A stretch of 17,717 bases of DNA, taken from positions 1 through 17,717 of the forward strand of contig JBKPAK010000276.1 of NCBI GenBank assembly GCA_046726415.1. Reading direction: 5' to 3'. Below are positions 15,570-17,717 of the stretch, piece after piece. The translations under genes and the position numbers were made by a program. The notes under the pieces are model-generated. The model saw nothing but the letters and a program-made list of their open reading frames with translations. It was not told the origin of the DNA and did not search any database. How positions within the stretch are numbered: the stretch's first letter is position 1; each line of letters begins with the position of its first letter. Origin of the DNA: Candidatus Methylomirabilota bacterium. GTDB lineage: Bacteria; Methylomirabilota; Methylomirabilia; Rokubacteriales; CSP1-6.

Positions 15570-16684
15570 TGATTCCCTTCCTTGAGCTGCGGCGCCAGCA
15601 CGCGGCGCTCAAGCCCGAACTGATTCAGGCGATGGAGTCTCTCTTCGATTCCTCCCAGTTCATTCTCGGTCGCGAAGGCGAGGCGCTGGAGAGGGAGGTG
15701 GCCGCGTTTTTCGGCGTCCGCCATGCCATCGGGGTGGGCTCCGGGACTGACGCCCTCCGGGTGGCCCTGGCGGCGCTCGGGGTGGGAACGGGCGACGAGG
15801 TCATCACGCCGGCGTTCTCCTTCATCGCCTCCAGCTCCACCATCCTCATGGCGGGCGCCACGCCGGTCTTCGTCGATATCGAACCGGATACGCTGTTGCT
15901 CGACCCTCGCGCGGTGGAGCGCGCGATCACACCGCGGACGCGTGCCATCCTGCCGGTGCACCTCTACGGCCATCCTGCGGCGCTCGATGAGCTGGCTCAC
16001 CTGGCCCGGGTCCACGGGGTGGCCCTCATCGAGGACGCCGCCCAGGCCATCGGCGCGTCCTGGCAGAAGCGATCGGTCGGCGGCTGGGGCGATGCGGCGT
16101 GCCTGTCGTTCTATCCCACCAAGAATCTCGGCGCATGCGGCGACGCCGGCATGATCGTCAGTGACCGCGACGACGTCGCCACCCGGGCGCGACGCTTGCG
16201 CCACCATGGCGACGGGGGGCATTACTGGCACCTCGAGCTTGGCTGGTGCAGTCGGCTCGATGAGCTGCAGGCAGCGATTCTCCGCGTGAAGCTGCGGCAC
16301 CTGCCGCGATGGATCTCGCGGCGCCGCCAGGTGGCCGCGCGCTATCGCGAGCAACTAGCCGATCTGCCCCTCACTCTCGCCGTCGAGCGGCCGGAAGCCC
16401 ACCACGTCTACTATCTCTTCACGGTGCGTACGCCGCACCGCGAAGCCTTCGTCCGGGTCCTCGCGGATCTGGGGGTGGGCACCGCGGTCCACTATCCGAT
16501 CGCCGCCCCGGAGCAACCGATGTTCCGCGAGACCCTGGGGACGAACGCCGCGGTGCGCTGGCCCGAGAGCACCCGAGCCGCCCGCGAGGTGGTCTCCCTC
16601 CCCTGCTACCCCGAGCTTCGCGACGACGAGGTCGACGCCGTCGTGCGCGCGGTTCGCGAGGCCTGCCGTCGCGTCGATCCCTAG
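15569..16684 (+). CDS. DegT/DnrJ/EryC1/StrS-family PLP-dependent nucleotide-sugar aminotransferase
   Basis: MIPFLEL, GVGSGTDAL, GDEVITP.FSF.AS, PVHLYG, IEDAAQA, SFYPTKNLG (PLP Lys), SRLDELQAA, VHYP, SLP. ATG 15569 overlaps the lptD stop (TGATG). Confidence 0.94.
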   Translation: MIPFLELRRQHAALKPELIQAMESLFDSSQFILGREGEALEREVAAFFGVRHAIGVGSGTDALRVALAALGVGTGDEVITPAFSFIASSSTILMAGATPVFVDIEPDTLLLDPRAVERAITPRTRAILPVHLYGHPAALDELAHLARVHGVALIEDAAQAIGASWQKRSVGGWGDAACLSFYPTKNLGACGDAGMIVSDRDDVATRARRLRHHGDGGHYWHLELGWCSRLDELQAAILRVKLRHLPRWISRRRQVAARYREQLADLPLTLAVERPEAHHVYYLFTVRTPHREAFVRVLADLGVGTAVHYPIAAPEQPMFRETLGTNAAVRWPESTRAAREVVSLPCYPELRDDEVDAVVRAVREACRRVDP

Positions 16685-16772
16685 GGCGCACCATCCAACA
16701 CGAACGCGACCGTGAGCCGGCGACTCGCACTCTCGGTCGTCCGTCAGTGATCTTCGCGAGGGTGGCCGCGGC

Positions 16773-17645
16773 ATGATGGCGGTCCTCGTGTCCTTGCGCC
16801 CTCGCCAGTGGGTGAAGAATCTCTTCGTATTCGCGGGGGTCGTCTTCGCCCAGCAGCTCTTCTCGCCCGCGCTGGCCGTGGCGCTGGCGGCGTTCATCAT
16901 CTTCTGCGGGCTCTCGGGGGCGATCTACCTCCTGAACGATGTCGCCGACCGAGAGCGTGACCTCCTCCACCCCGTCAAACGCACGCGGCCCATCGCCTCC
17001 GGAGAGCTTCCGGTGACCCGCGCGGTGACCATCGCCATCGTCCTCATTGTGGCCGGTCTCGGCGCGGCCTGGCTGATCGCGCGCCCCTTCGCGGTGGCGG
17101 CGCTGGCCTACGTGGCGCTCCTGAGCGCGTACTCGGCATGGCTCAAGCACCTCGTCATTGCCGACGTCCTGGCCGTCGCGCTCGGCTTCGTTCTCCGCGC
17201 GGTGGCGGGCGCGCTCGCCATCGGGGTCGCGATCTCGGGGTGGCTGATCATCTGCACCCTGCAGATTGCGCTGTTCCTCGCCCTCGGCAAGCGCCGCCAC
17301 GAGTACCTCAGCCTCGGCGATGACGCCGTTCGCCACCGGCCCATACTGGCCCAGTACAGCGCGGGGCTCCTGGACCAGATGATTGCGGTGGTCACCGCCT
17401 CCGCCATCACTGCCTATGCTCTCTACACCATGTCCCCCGAGACGGTCGCGAAGTTCCAGACGCAACTCCTGCCGGTCACGCTGCCCTTCGTGCTCTACGG
17501 CATCTTCCGCTACCTGTACCTCCTCTATCGGCGTCAGCTCGGAGGCAATCCCTCCGAGCTGTTCCTGAACGACCGGCCATTGCTCGTCAACACCCTCAGC
17601 TGGATGCTGGCAGTGATCCTCATCCTTTATTTTGGGGGGGCCTAG
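16773..17645 (+). CDS. UbiA-superfamily polyprenyl-phosphate 5-phosphoribosyltransferase (DPPR synthase, Rv3806c-like)
   Basis: LRP.QWVKN, YLLND..D.E.D..HP.K..RPIASG, YS..LK...I.DV...A.GF.LR, LALGKRR.E, YGIFRY, D.P; many predicted TM helices. Confidence 0.88.
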   Translation: MMAVLVSLRPRQWVKNLFVFAGVVFAQQLFSPALAVALAAFIIFCGLSGAIYLLNDVADRERDLLHPVKRTRPIASGELPVTRAVTIAIVLIVAGLGAAWLIARPFAVAALAYVALLSAYSAWLKHLVIADVLAVALGFVLRAVAGALAIGVAISGWLIICTLQIALFLALGKRRHEYLSLGDDAVRHRPILAQYSAGLLDQMIAVVTASAITAYALYTMSPETVAKFQTQLLPVTLPFVLYGIFRYLYLLYRRQLGGNPSELFLNDRPLLVNTLSWMLAVILILYFGGA

Positions 17646-17682
17646 GCCCCCCCAAACCCCCCAAGCGCGCGGGGTGTCACAC
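17628..17682. repeat. REP/MITE-like palindromic repeat, copy B (contains the stop codon of the UbiA-family gene)
   Basis: Perfect 26-bp palindrome TTTGGGGGGGCCTAGGCCCCCCCAAA 17631-17656, then CCCCCCAAGCGCGCGGG and GTGTCACAC (17674-17682). The reverse complement aligns with 1681-1739. Confidence 0.8.
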
Positions 17683-17717
17683 ACGACTGCGCCGGCAGGG
17701 CCGGCGCTGGAAATGCG

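Noticed and set aside
192..17684. Many long antisense or alternate-frame ORFs (e.g. 5377-6603 -, 7968-9122 -, 13035-14366 -, 13838-15067 +, 16419-17684 -)
   Set aside because: They are shadows of well-supported genes in high-GC DNA, with Arg/Pro/Gly-rich or mirror-codon composition and no recognisable motifs.

Overview
GC-rich bacterial core-genome region from a diderm (LPS/outer-membrane) organism. The lineage cannot be fixed from the sequence; the gene set and the G/C-run hairpin repeats recall Candidatus Rokubacteria/Methylomirabilota (unverified impression). Gene order: 5'-truncated long TPR protein; a two-gene unit (65-aa hypothetical + cytidylate-kinase-like/BON protein); a convergent single-PDZ HtrA protease (- strand); then on + kdsC, a DUF2062-like membrane domain running in frame without a stop into galU, pncB, trpC-trpF-trpB-trpA, accD, folC, lptD, a DegT-family PLP aminotransferase and a UbiA-family polyprenyl-phosphate phosphoribosyltransferase. 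I see no transposase, phage gene, CRISPR array, tRNA or rRNA. Main oddities: (1) an in-frame DUF2062-GalU fusion that keeps an internal -10 box and RBS; (2) pncB sits in the usual trpD slot and is apparently coupled to trpC through a CTG start; (3) three copies of a REP/MITE-like hairpin repeat, all at gene 3' ends; (4) a DPPR-synthase-like gene beside lptD and degT; (5) a divergent, Trp-rich TrpF; (6) palindromes overlapping several promoters. None is a proven new system; most of the window is housekeeping.
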